A DNA stretch of 64,000 bases, taken from assembly GCA_963666565.1 (NCBI GenBank), contig OY762911.1, forward strand, positions 160,001 to 224,000, in the 5' to 3' direction. Position numbers and translations under genes: made by a program. Within the stretch, counting starts at the first letter, position 1; each line of letters opens with the position of its first letter. The DNA is from Thermoanaerobaculia bacterium (GTDB lineage: Bacteria; Acidobacteriota; Thermoanaerobaculia; Multivoradales; Multivoraceae). This document shows positions 40,618-50,245 of this stretch, piece by piece. Below the pieces are notes generated by a model, which saw only the letters and a list, made by a program, of their open reading frames with translations, did not search any database and had not been told where the DNA came from.

Positions 40618-42410
40618 AGGTTCGCCCCGCCGTCGTCGCCGCGGCCGCCCTCGCGGCCGTCCTCGCCCTGCTCCTGCCGGCGGCGAGCGACGCCGCCACC
40701 CGCCGCGTGGCCGTGCCGGAGATCGGCTCGCCCGCGCCGGTCGCCGTGCTCGCTTCCTCCGGCAGGATCCACATCGAGGCCAAGCCGCGGCCGAACGAGG
40801 GGCTGCTGGCCTTCGCGCAGCGGCTCTGCGGCAGTCCCCGGCACGCTTCCGCGATCAGCCGGGCGAACCGTGGCGTCCGCCGTCTGAAGCGCGGCGTCCG
40901 CTACAAGGTGCCCTTCGACCTGCTGCCCGAGCGGCACCAGCAGGCCGCCGTCCGCGCGCTGCTGCCGAGAGACCGGGCCACGGCCGACGGCTGGCGGCAC
41001 CGCGTCGCCTCCTCGGCGCGCGGGGCCAGGGCGGAGAGCCTGTGGAGCATCGCGGAGCGGTTCACCGGCAAGGGCGAGAACCACGGAGCGCTGCGGCGGG
41101 CGAACGGCCTGAAGAGCAGCGTCATCCGGCCGGGGCAGGTCATCCTCATCCCGCGCGGCATCCTCTCCCGGCCCTACGCCGGCATGCTGCCGGCGGCAGC
41201 GGCAGCGACCCGGGCCGCGGCGGCGCCGCCGGCGGCGGACGCCGGGCCGAGCCCCTTCGTCCGCTACAGCACCGACGACCGGGGCGAGTACGCCAGCTAC
41301 CGCCTGAAAGCCGGCGAAGCCCTCTACTCCAGCGTCGTCATGCGGTTCACCGGCCGGCTCCTCGCCGCCGACGTGAACGAACTCGTCGACCGGATCAGGA
41401 AGCGCAACGCGATCCGCGACGTGCGCGACCTGCCGGTCGGCTACGAGGTCAGGATTCCGCTCGACCTGCTTTCCGCCCGCTACCTGCCGCCGGACGACCC
41501 GCGGCGCCGGGAATGGGAGGCGGAGCGCGCCGCCGCGGAACAGATCGAGAACGAGTACCTGGCCCTCGATCTCGACGGCGTGACGGTCGTGCTCGACGCC
41601 GGCCACGGCGGGCGCGACACGGGGGCGCCCGTCGGCGGCCTGTGGGAGAGCAACTACGTCTACGACATCATGCTGCGCACCAAGAAGGTGCTCGAGAGCC
41701 GCACCGCCGCCACCGTCATCCCGACCACCCGCGAGGGTTCGACGTTCCAGATCGACGACCGGGACGTGCTGCCCAAGTCCCGGGGCCATGCCGTGCTCAC
41801 CGAGCCTCCGTACCGGATCGACAACGCCGTGGTGGCGACGAACTTCCGCTGGTACCTGTCGAACTCGATCTACCGGCAGCGCCGGCGGGAGGGCGCCGAA
41901 CCGGGCCAGGTCGTCTTCATCTCGATCCACGCGGACTCGCTGCATCCCTCCCTCGGCGGCGCGATGGTCTATATCCCGGGGCTCGTCGGCATCACGAACA
42001 ACTACGGGAAGTCGGGCAGCGTCTACAACGCCCGCCGCGAAGTCCGGGCCGAACCCCGCGTCTCGTTCACGCGGACCGAACGCACCACGAGCAAGGGCCT
42101 GTCGAGCGACCTCGCCGAGCACATCCTGAACAGCTTCCGCCGAAGCGATCTGGATGTACACCACAACAGCCCGATCCGCGACCGGATCTGGCGCGGGCGC
42201 CGGGTCTACGTGCCGGCGCAGCTCCGCTTCAACCGGATACCGGCCAAGATCCTGCTCGAGGTGTGCAACCTGAGCAACGAACGCGACCGCCGCCTGATGA
42301 AGACCCGCGCCTACCGTCAGCGGGTCGCGGAAGCGATCGTGGACGGCATCCTGTCCTACTACGGGGTGTCCGGGCCGGGCGCCGACCGCGCGGTCACCGC
42401 CGGCAGTTGA
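40614..42410 (+). CDS. N-acetylmuramoyl-L-alanine amidase (Amidase_3) with LysM-like N-terminal modules
   Basis: ATG overlapping gatA stop; signal peptide; ESLWSIAERF..LRRANGL; DAGHGG, E, SIHAD, LLEV. Confidence 0.88.
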   Translation: MKVRPAVVAAAALAAVLALLLPAASDAATRRVAVPEIGSPAPVAVLASSGRIHIEAKPRPNEGLLAFAQRLCGSPRHASAISRANRGVRRLKRGVRYKVPFDLLPERHQQAAVRALLPRDRATADGWRHRVASSARGARAESLWSIAERFTGKGENHGALRRANGLKSSVIRPGQVILIPRGILSRPYAGMLPAAAAATRAAAAPPAADAGPSPFVRYSTDDRGEYASYRLKAGEALYSSVVMRFTGRLLAADVNELVDRIRKRNAIRDVRDLPVGYEVRIPLDLLSARYLPPDDPRRREWEAERAAAEQIENEYLALDLDGVTVVLDAGHGGRDTGAPVGGLWESNYVYDIMLRTKKVLESRTAATVIPTTREGSTFQIDDRDVLPKSRGHAVLTEPPYRIDNAVVATNFRWYLSNSIYRQRRREGAEPGQVVFISIHADSLHPSLGGAMVYIPGLVGITNNYGKSGSVYNARREVRAEPRVSFTRTERTTSKGLSSDLAEHILNSFRRSDLDVHHNSPIRDRIWRGRRVYVPAQLRFNRIPAKILLEVCNLSNERDRRLMKTRAYRQRVAEAIVDGILSYYGVSGPGADRAVTAGS

Positions 42411-42493
42411 ACCCGCCGGCCGGCCCCGGCGCGGGCCGGGCCGAGGAGGCGCTCCGCGTCGAGCGGAAGCGGCCGCGGCGGTCGGACACGCCG

Positions 42494-42519
42494 CCGGGTG
42501 CGCGAGCCTTCCGGCCCGC
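42494..42519. repeat. REP-like hairpin variant between convergent genes
   Basis: CCGGGTGCGCGAGCCTTCCGGCCCGC resembles CTGGGTGCGCGGGTCTTCCGACCCGC. Confidence 0.6.
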
Positions 42520-42525
42520 CGCCGG

Positions 42526-43149
42526 TCAGTACCGGCGCATCAGGCCGACGACGACGCCCTGGACGCGGAGCCGGTCCGCGGCCACGTAGAACGGTTCCAT
42601 CTCCCGGTTCGCGGGCTGCAATCGGACCGAATCGCCCTCGGGGAAGTACCGCTTGAGCGTCGCCTCGTCGTCGACCAGGGCGACGACCACCTGGCCCGAC
42701 CGGGCCTCCTCCCGCCTGGCGACGACCACCAGGTCGCCGTCGCAGATGCCGTCGTCGATCATCGAGTCTCCCTCCACCTGGAGAACGTAGTGACGGCCGG
42801 CGGCGCCACGCTCCAGCAGGTGCTCGGGAACGGACAGATCGTCCACGCCGGGCACCGCCTCGATCGGCCTCCCGGCGGCGATGCGGCCGTGGAAGGGAAC
42901 GGAGTTCGTCGAGGGACGCCGGGAACGCAGCGTCTTCGCCGTCAGTTCCAGGCCGCGCTTCTGGTTCCAGCCGCCCCGCAGGTAGCCCTTCTGCCGCAGC
43001 AGCTTCAGGTGCTTGTGGACGGTGCCGTAAGACGAGAAGCCGAAACGGCGGCGGATCTCCAGGTGGGTGGGCGCAATGCCCCGGGCCTGGTGGAACTCGC
43101 ACACGAAGTCCAGAACCTGCTTCTGGCGCTCGGTCAGGAAGTCGTCCAT
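42526..43149 (-). CDS. lexA: SOS repressor LexA
   Basis: LTERQ..V, PT..EI...FG..S, IAAG cleavage site, GDSM (Ser), ATLKR (Lys). Confidence 0.95.
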   Translation of the reverse strand: MDDFLTERQKQVLDFVCEFHQARGIAPTHLEIRRRFGFSSYGTVHKHLKLLRQKGYLRGGWNQKRGLELTAKTLRSRRPSTNSVPFHGRIAAGRPIEAVPGVDDLSVPEHLLERGAAGRHYVLQVEGDSMIDDGICDGDLVVVARREEARSGQVVVALVDDEATLKRYFPEGDSVRLQPANREMEPFYVAADRLRVQGVVVGLMRRY

Positions 43150-43158
43150 GGCCCTCCG

Positions 43159-43187
43159 ATACTAGACGCAAATCCAGCGTAAGCCAA
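43159..43187 (-). promoter_or_regulatory. Putative lexA promoter with ACGC-N7-GCGT palindrome in the spacer
   Basis: TTGGCT-17-TAGTAT on minus strand; palindrome at 43166-43180. Confidence 0.55.
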
Positions 43188-43223
43188 GCGCGACCGCCTT
43201 CCTCCGCATACACTACGCCGCCG

Positions 43224-44516
43224 ATGCCGGAACACCTCGAACAGCACGAACTCGGGAACGGCCTGCGCGTCGTGCTCCACGAGGACCGCCGGCTGCCCCT
43301 GGCCGCCGTCAACGTCTGGTACCACGTCGGCTCGAAGAACGAGGAGACGGGACGCACCGGACTGGCCCACCTGTTCGAGCACATGCTGTTCCAGGGGTCG
43401 GCGAACGTCTCGGAGAACGGACACTTCGAGCACGTCCAGAAGGTCGGCGGCGTGGCGAACGGCTCGACCTGGTACGACCGCACGAACTACTACGAGACCC
43501 TGCCCGCGAACCGCCTCGAACTCGGCCTGTGGCTGGAGTCCGACCGCCTGGGCTTCCTGCTCGAGGCGCTCACCGAGGAGAAGTTCGAGAACCAGCGCTC
43601 CGTCGTGATGAACGAGCGCCTGCAGCGTGTGAACAACCAGCCCTACGGCCTGGCCGGCGAGCGCCTGAGCGAGCTCCTCTATCGGCGACCGGACGGGACG
43701 GATCATCCGTACGCCTGGCCGGTCATCGGCTACATGGACGACCTCGAGGCCGCCGACCTCGACGGCGTCCGGGATTTCTTCCGCACCTGGTACCGGCCGA
43801 ACAACGCGGTCCTCACCCTGGCCGGCGACATCGACCGCGAAGCGGCCCTCGAACAGGTCGAGCGCTACTTCGGCGACCTGCCCGCCGGGACCCTGCCGCC
43901 GCCGCCCGCCGTCGAGCCGGCGGGCGAGATCGGCCCCCGCGGCGCCTCGCGGGAGATCCTTGAGGACTCGATCGAGCTGCCCCGCACCTACTCCGCCTGG
44001 TGCCTCGACGGCTACGGCAGCGACGACTGGTACGCCGGAGAGCTGCTGGCGACGATCCTCTCGTCGGGCCGGATGAGCCGGCTCCATCGCGACCTCGTCT
44101 ATGAGCGCCAGATCGCGCAGTCCGTCTCGGCGGTCGTCCTGCCGACCGAGATCTGCGCCACCTTCGCCGTGATCGCAACCTGCCAGAGCCGCGAGCCGGA
44201 TCCGCTGGCGAACGCGGAGACCCTGGAATCGGCGGCGCTCGAGCACGTCGAGGCGCTGGCGTCGGCCGGGCCGACCGCGGAGGAACTCGAGCGGGCGCGC
44301 CGGGGCCTCCTGCTCGCCCACCACGACAGCCGGCAGGACCTCGCCCTGTGCGCCGACCGGCTGTCCTGCGCGGCGACCTACTTCGACGATCCGTCCCGGG
44401 CCTGGACCGAGCCGGAGCGCCTGCTCGCCGTCGAGGCCGACCAGGTCCGCGACCTGGCGCGGCGCGCGCTCGGCCCGGAACGCCGCGCGGCCGTCATCGT
44501 GGTGCCCAGAACGTGA
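43224..44516 (+). CDS. M16B zinc peptidase, catalytic subunit
   Basis: GLAHLFEHM (HxxEH), NGST..DRTNYY, HPY.WP.IG, WYRPNNA. Confidence 0.92.
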   Translation: MPEHLEQHELGNGLRVVLHEDRRLPLAAVNVWYHVGSKNEETGRTGLAHLFEHMLFQGSANVSENGHFEHVQKVGGVANGSTWYDRTNYYETLPANRLELGLWLESDRLGFLLEALTEEKFENQRSVVMNERLQRVNNQPYGLAGERLSELLYRRPDGTDHPYAWPVIGYMDDLEAADLDGVRDFFRTWYRPNNAVLTLAGDIDREAALEQVERYFGDLPAGTLPPPPAVEPAGEIGPRGASREILEDSIELPRTYSAWCLDGYGSDDWYAGELLATILSSGRMSRLHRDLVYERQIAQSVSAVVLPTEICATFAVIATCQSREPDPLANAETLESAALEHVEALASAGPTAEELERARRGLLLAHHDSRQDLALCADRLSCAATYFDDPSRAWTEPERLLAVEADQVRDLARRALGPERRAAVIVVPRT

Positions 44517-45898
44517 GCGCGGAAGGACGGCCCGCCCTGGACCGCAGCCGGCCGCCGGTTCCCGGTCCCGGCCGGAGCTGCTCGTTCCCGGGCTTCGAGG
44601 TCGAGGAGCTTGCGTCCGGCGCGCGCCTGTGGACGCTCGACGTTCCCGGCTGCGGCCTGGTCACCGCCGTGCTGCTCATGCCCGGCGGCAGCGAACTCGA
44701 CGCGCCCGGGCGCGCCGGTCTCGCCTCGTTCACGGCGGGGCTCCGCGGCGCCGGCACGAAGCGCCGCGGCGCCCTCGAGTTCGCGGCCGCGGCGGAGAAC
44801 CTGGGAACCGCCGTCAGGACCTCGTGCGGCTGGGAGAACGCCGCGGTCGCCGCCACGATCGGCGCCGGCGACGTCCCGGCCGGCCTGGACCTGGTCGCCG
44901 AAGCCGCCGCCGAGCCGGCCTTCCTGGACGAGGAAGTCGAGCGCCGCCGTCGACGCCGCCTGGCCGAGATCGAGCGGCGGCGCAGCGATCCCGCCGCGCT
45001 GGCCGGGACCGCCTTCGCCCGGGCCATCTACGGCGGCACGCCCTACGGGCACCCGGCGATCGGCGACCGCGGAACGACCGAGGCGATCGCCCGGGACGAC
45101 ATCGCCCGTTTCCACGCGCGGGCCCTCGCCGCGGGCTCGTGCCATCTGATCGCGGTCGGCGACCTCGGAGCGGGCGCGGTGCGGCGGGCGATCGAGGACA
45201 CGGTCGAACCCCGGCTCCGGGACCACGCCCGGAGCTTCGACGGCGCGCCGGAGAGCCTCGAGCCCGACTTTCCGGCGCCGGCGGCGTGCCGGGTCGTCGT
45301 CGTCGACCGGCCCGGCGCCGCGCAGACCGAACTGCGTGTCGGCCACTCCGGCGTTCCGCGCAGCCACCCCGACCGCGTCCGCCTCCAGGTCGCCAACTCG
45401 ATCCTCGGAGGCAAGTTCATGAGCCGGTTGAACCTGACTCTCAGGGAGAAGCACGGCTACACCTACGGCGTCTCCAGCGCCTTCGCCTTCCGCCGCGGCC
45501 CCGGCCCCTTCGCGGTGTCGACGGCGGTGGCCAACGACGTCGCGGGCGCCGCCGCCCGGAAGATCGTGGAGGAAGTCGAGCGGATGTGCGCCGAACCGCC
45601 GGCCGCGGCTGAACTCGACGACGCCCGCAACTACATGGTCGGCGTCTTCCCGTACACGCTGCAGACGATCCAGGGCCTCTCCTCCCGCCTGCAGACGCTG
45701 GCCGCGTTCGGCCTCGACCGCGACGAGTACCACCGTTGGCCCGAGCGGGTCCGCGCCACCTCGCGCGAAGACGTGCTCGAGGTCTGCCGGCGCCACCTGT
45801 TCCCGGACCGGCTGACGGTCGTCGCCGTGGGACCGGCGGAGGATCTCCTGCCGCAACTCGAAGGGCTCGGAACGGCCGAGGTGCAGGCGGCCGCCTGA
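44513..45898 (+). CDS. M16B peptidase, non-catalytic partner subunit
   Basis: GTG overlapping upstream TGA; no HxxEH; LGG.FMSRL...LREKHGYTYG R/Y motif. Confidence 0.88.
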   Translation: MSAEGRPALDRSRPPVPGPGRSCSFPGFEVEELASGARLWTLDVPGCGLVTAVLLMPGGSELDAPGRAGLASFTAGLRGAGTKRRGALEFAAAAENLGTAVRTSCGWENAAVAATIGAGDVPAGLDLVAEAAAEPAFLDEEVERRRRRRLAEIERRRSDPAALAGTAFARAIYGGTPYGHPAIGDRGTTEAIARDDIARFHARALAAGSCHLIAVGDLGAGAVRRAIEDTVEPRLRDHARSFDGAPESLEPDFPAPAACRVVVVDRPGAAQTELRVGHSGVPRSHPDRVRLQVANSILGGKFMSRLNLTLREKHGYTYGVSSAFAFRRGPGPFAVSTAVANDVAGAAARKIVEEVERMCAEPPAAAELDDARNYMVGVFPYTLQTIQGLSSRLQTLAAFGLDRDEYHRWPERVRATSREDVLEVCRRHLFPDRLTVVAVGPAEDLLPQLEGLGTAEVQAAA

Positions 45899-46044
45899 GC
45901 GCGGGAGAACGCCGCTCGCGTGGTATCTTCTCCGGCTGTTTCCAACCCCGGGATCCGTGCCGCGGCACGCGGCCGGCGTCCCGCACAGCCCGAATCGCGC
46001 GGGCCCGGGAGACGGGCCCGCGACCCCTTGCGACCGGAGCGTCG

Positions 46045-48141
46045 ATGCAACTCGAGAACTCGGAACAGATACGCAACCTCGCCGTCGTCGGACACAACGA
46101 CACGGGCAAGACGACCCTGCTCGCCGGCCTGCTCTACACCGGCGGCGTCTTCAACCGGCAGAACCGCGTGGAGGACGGGAACACGGTCACCGACTTCGAC
46201 GACGAGGAGGTCCGGCGCGGCATCTCGATCGGCCTCGCCGTCTGCTACGCGCCCTGGTCGGACGGGGCCGCCAACTGCAAGGTCAACCTGATCGACTGTC
46301 CGGGTTCCGGGATCTTCGTCCACGAGAGCAGCTCCGGCATGCGCGCGGCCGACGCCGCCCTGCTCTGCGTGAACGCGGCCTCGCCGACCCAGGTCATGGC
46401 CGAGAAGGCCTGGGAGATCGCCGGCGAGATGAACCAGCCGGTGATGTTCCACCTGACGAAGATGGACCGCGACAACATCGACTTCGCCGGCTGCATCGCC
46501 GAACTCCAGGAGAACTTCGACCGCATGGCGCTGCCCGTGCAGATACCGATCGGCGACGGCAAGGACTTCACCGGCGTCGTCGACCTGCTGAGCCGCAAGG
46601 CCTACGCGTACGACCGGGACGGCGCCGGCCGCAGCCAGGCGTCCGAGCCGCCGGCGGAACTCGCGGACGAGATCGACGAATGGCGCAACAACCTGACCGA
46701 AGCGGTCGCCGAGAGCGACGACGAGTTGATGGAGGCCTACTTCGAGAACGGCGACTTGACCCGGGAGCAGTTGATCCAGGGGCTGAAGGCAGCGATCCGG
46801 TCCCGCTCCCTGTTTCCGGTCACGATGTCGTCCGGCGCCCACGGCATCGGCAACTCCGCCCTGCTCGACGCGGTGGTCCGGCTGCTGCCCTCGCCGGTCG
46901 ACGCGCCGCCGATTCCCGCCGGCGACCTCGGCGGAGAGCCCGTGGAGCTCGACCGCGGCGAGGAAGCGCCGGTCAGCGCGATCGTCTTCAAGACGATGAA
47001 CGATCCCTTCACCGGCCGCATCTCGCTCCTGCGCGTCGCCGGCGGCAACATGAGTTCGGACACCGTCTACTGGAACGCCGGCCGCGAGGAGGCCGAGCGC
47101 GTCGGCCACCTGATGCACATGCAGGGCAAGACGGGCGAGGACGTCCCCAGGCTGGTCGAGGGCGACATCGGCGGCGTCGCCAAGCTGAAATCGAGCGCCA
47201 CCGGCGATTCGCTCACGAGCCGGGAGCGGCCGGTGAAGCTCGACTTCCCCACTGCCCCGGTCGCGGCGATCTCGTTCGCGATCGAGCCGAAGACGAAGGG
47301 CGACGAGGAGAAGATCGGCGAGGCGGTGTCGCGCCTGCTCGAGGAGGATCCCAGCCTGCACGCCGGCCGCGACCCGCAGACCGGCGAGTTCCTGCTCTCC
47401 GGCGCCGGCCAGCTTCACGTCGAGATCGCCGTGTCCAAGCTGAAGAGCCGGTCGAAGGTCGAGGTCATCCTGCACCCGCCGAAGGTGCCCTACCGGGAGG
47501 CGATCCGGAGGACCGCGGTCGGCCACGGCCGGCACAAGAAGCAGAGCGGCGGCCGCGGCCAGTTCGCGGACTGCACGATTACGATGGAACCCGTCGCCAC
47601 CCCCGAGGAGTACGAGTTCGTCGACGAGATCTTCGGCGGCTCCATCCCCCAGAACTACCGCCCGGCGGTCGAGAAGGGCCTGCTCGAAGCCGCCGGCCGC
47701 GGCTATCTGGCGGGCTACCCGGTCGGCAACTTCCGCGTCCGGCTGCAGGACGGCAAGTTCCACGATGTCGACTCGTCGGAGATGGCCTTCAAGGTCGCCG
47801 GCTCGCTCGCCTTCAAGGACGCGATGGCCAAGGCCGCGCCGACGCTCCTGGAACCCGTCATGCAGGTCGACATCAACACGACGGAAGACTTCATGGGCGA
47901 CATCATGAGCGACCTCTCCTCACGCCGGGGCCGCCCCCAGGGCATGGAGGCCAAGGGCAACGCCCAGATCGTCAAGGCCACCGTCCCCATGGCCGAAATG
48001 CTGACCTACGCCCCGGCCCTTCGCTCCATGACCCAGGGCCGCTCCAGTTTCACGATGGCCTTCTCCCACTACGAGGAGGTCCCGCGCCAGATCCAGGAGA
48101 AGATCATCGCCGAGGCGAAGCGGGAGGAAGAGGACGGATAG
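46045..48141 (+). CDS. fusA2: Elongation factor G paralogue (EF-G2 type)
   Basis: GHNDTGKTT, RGISI, DCPGSG, TKMD, KKQSGGRGQF, HDVDSSEMAF, LRSMTQGR. Confidence 0.9.
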   Translation: MQLENSEQIRNLAVVGHNDTGKTTLLAGLLYTGGVFNRQNRVEDGNTVTDFDDEEVRRGISIGLAVCYAPWSDGAANCKVNLIDCPGSGIFVHESSSGMRAADAALLCVNAASPTQVMAEKAWEIAGEMNQPVMFHLTKMDRDNIDFAGCIAELQENFDRMALPVQIPIGDGKDFTGVVDLLSRKAYAYDRDGAGRSQASEPPAELADEIDEWRNNLTEAVAESDDELMEAYFENGDLTREQLIQGLKAAIRSRSLFPVTMSSGAHGIGNSALLDAVVRLLPSPVDAPPIPAGDLGGEPVELDRGEEAPVSAIVFKTMNDPFTGRISLLRVAGGNMSSDTVYWNAGREEAERVGHLMHMQGKTGEDVPRLVEGDIGGVAKLKSSATGDSLTSRERPVKLDFPTAPVAAISFAIEPKTKGDEEKIGEAVSRLLEEDPSLHAGRDPQTGEFLLSGAGQLHVEIAVSKLKSRSKVEVILHPPKVPYREAIRRTAVGHGRHKKQSGGRGQFADCTITMEPVATPEEYEFVDEIFGGSIPQNYRPAVEKGLLEAAGRGYLAGYPVGNFRVRLQDGKFHDVDSSEMAFKVAGSLAFKDAMAKAAPTLLEPVMQVDINTTEDFMGDIMSDLSSRRGRPQGMEAKGNAQIVKATVPMAEMLTYAPALRSMTQGRSSFTMAFSHYEEVPRQIQEKIIAEAKREEEDG

Positions 48142-48152
48142 CGCGCCGGCAG

Positions 48153-48222
48153 CGTGACGGCGCAGGCGCAGCGGCGCAGGCGCAGCGGCGGAGGCGTAGC
48201 GGCGGAGGCGTGACGGCGGAGG
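48153..48222 (+). repeat. Five tandem 14-bp units (CGYRRCGGCGSAGG)
   Basis: cgtgacggcgcagg/cgcagcggcgcagg/cgcagcggcggagg/cgtagcggcggagg/cgtgacggcggagg. Confidence 0.85.
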
Positions 48223-48230
48223 ACGTTCCC

Positions 48231-48424
48231 GCCGGCTTTCGGTTCCGAGGAGAGGGGTCCCAGGGGACGCTCGCACTCTCTTGGTAGAGGGGAACGGGAG
48301 TGCTCGCTTCGGTCGGCTGCGTTTCACGTCGGCGTCGGTTTCGGGTACGACGCCGGGAGTCACTTGCCTCCAGCCCCCTGGGACCCTCTCCTCGGGACCT
48401 GCGCCGGCTGGACGTCGTCGTCGG
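48231..48424 (-). repeat. Structured intergenic element, left flank of the R-M cassette
   Basis: 48241-48266 pairs with 48375-48399; reverse complement aligns with 52109-52296. Confidence 0.9.
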
Positions 48425-48433
48425 GGTGCGTGG

Positions 48434-48580
48434 GCTGGGTGCGCGGGTCTTCCGACCCGCTGACGCCGAAGGCGGCCAGAAGAAGAAGCGCGCCGGGCCG
48501 CCAGGCCGGCACCGCTCTGGCTGGGTGCGCGGGTCTTCTGACCCGCTGACGCCGAAGGCGGCCAGAGAAGAACGCGCCGA
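48434..48580. repeat. Two tandem REP-like elements (period 86 bp)
   Basis: GCTGGGTGCGCGGGTCTTCYGACCCGCTGACGCCGAAGGCGGCCAGA at 48434 and 48520. Confidence 0.92.
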
Positions 48581-48616
48581 CAAGTTCCATGCACATGCCG
48601 TTGCTACGATCCATGC

Positions 48617-50245
48617 ATGGTCGTGGAGCCCAGCCACGCGGCGGCCGCCGGCGGCTTCATCCCCCCTCCAGCGCCGGGGGAGCGACCGACCGAGTACGCC
48701 GACCGAATCGGCGAGTACCACGTCGCCGGCAGGACGGAAGCGCACCGAAAGCAGCACGGGCTCTACCTGACGCCTGTCGCGGCGGCCGACTTCATGGCGG
48801 GTCAGATCCGGGCCGCAGGCGACCGCCTTCGGGTTCTGGATCCTGCTGCGGGCGCGGGCATCCTGTGCTGTGCGGCGGTCGAGGCGCTCGCGGGACGCGA
48901 CCGGCCACCGGGCCGGATCGAGCTGGTCGCCTACGAAGTGGACGCCGAGTTGATGGCGCCGCTGGAGGCGGTCCTCGGCTACCTCAAGGAATGGTGTCGC
49001 GACGAGCAAGGGATCAGGCTCGAAGCGCGAATCGAGTCAACGGACTTCGTGCTGGCGCACGCCGAGGCACTTCGGCGTGAAGACAGCCTGCTGCCCGGCA
49101 ACTCGGACGACCCGGAGTTCGACGTCGCCATCTCCAACCCGCCGTACTTCAAGATCAACAAGAGCGACCCGAGGGCGGTTCTCGCTTCAAGCGTAGTCCA
49201 CGGTCAGCCGAACATCTATGCCCTGTTCATGGCGGTCAGCGCGGCCCTGGTCCGTCCCGGCGGCGACTTCATTTCCATCACGCCCCGAAGCTTCACGTCC
49301 GGCCTCTACTTCCGGCGGTTCCGCAGGGTCTTCTTCAGCCTTGTTCGGCCCACCCTGGTGCATGCGTTCGGATCGCGCCGGGAGGCGTTTCAACGGGACG
49401 ATGTCCTTCAGGAAAACGTCATTCTCCACGGCGTTCGGCTGAACTCCCAGCCCCAAGATCGTCAGGCTCCCCTGGTGATCTCCAGCAGCCGTGGCGTTGG
49501 CGATCTGGATGACTCCAACCGGCGCACGACTCCGCTTCAAGCGGCCCTCGATCTCGACGACCGTGACCGCGTACTCCGACTTCCCGTCTCCGAGGAGGAC
49601 GCTCGCGTTCTTGACCTGGTCGACTCATGGCCGAACACCTTGGCCAGCCTTGGCCTCGCCATCTCTACCGGGCCCGTGGTCCCCTTCCGTGCGAGGGACC
49701 TGGTCGAGCGCGAAGGCCAGGTGCCCGAGTCGCACGTTCCCCTCCTCTGGATGAACCATGTGCAGCCAATGCAGGTCACCTGGCCATTGCATCGGCACAA
49801 GCCGGAGTACATCAAGCGTGAGGGCGCCGAGAAACTCCTCCTGTCGAACCGCAACTACGTTCTCCTGCGCCGCTTCACTGCGAAGGAGGAAGTTCGGAGG
49901 CTCTCGGCGGCGCCCTACGTGGCCCAGTCGATGCCCATTCCCCAAGTGGGCCTGGAGAACCACTTGAACTATGTCCACCGGCCGGCCGGCTCTCTCACCG
50001 ACGAAGAGGCATGGGGTCTGGCGGCGCTCTACAACAGCCGCCTGCTCGACACCTACTTCAGGTGCCTGAACGGGCACACCCAGGTGAACGCGACGGAGCT
50101 ACGCGCCATGCCGCTGCCCGCAAGGGACCTCATCGTCGAACTCGGCGAGCAAGTCCAGCAACTCGCCAACCCGATCGACCATCTCGACCCGCTGATAGCG
50201 GACATGCTGTCAGCCGACCTCCCTCGGAAGCGCACCGTTGGTTAG
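48617..50245 (+). CDS. N6-adenine DNA methyltransferase (BsuBI/PstI, Eco57I-like gamma class)
   Basis: GLYLTP, LDPAAGAG motif I, SNPPY motif IV, QENVI, STGPVV.FR, ENHLN, NGHTQVNATELR. Confidence 0.92.
   Translation: MVVEPSHAAAAGGFIPPPAPGERPTEYADRIGEYHVAGRTEAHRKQHGLYLTPVAAADFMAGQIRAAGDRLRVLDPAAGAGILCCAAVEALAGRDRPPGRIELVAYEVDAELMAPLEAVLGYLKEWCRDEQGIRLEARIESTDFVLAHAEALRREDSLLPGNSDDPEFDVAISNPPYFKINKSDPRAVLASSVVHGQPNIYALFMAVSAALVRPGGDFISITPRSFTSGLYFRRFRRVFFSLVRPTLVHAFGSRREAFQRDDVLQENVILHGVRLNSQPQDRQAPLVISSSRGVGDLDDSNRRTTPLQAALDLDDRDRVLRLPVSEEDARVLDLVDSWPNTLASLGLAISTGPVVPFRARDLVEREGQVPESHVPLLWMNHVQPMQVTWPLHRHKPEYIKREGAEKLLLSNRNYVLLRRFTAKEEVRRLSAAPYVAQSMPIPQVGLENHLNYVHRPAGSLTDEEAWGLAALYNSRLLDTYFRCLNGHTQVNATELRAMPLPARDLIVELGEQVQQLANPIDHLDPLIADMLSADLPRKRTVG

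Noticed and set aside
48153-48580. CRISPR array
   Set aside because: Only two long repeat units, the 14-bp array has no spacers, and there are no cas genes.
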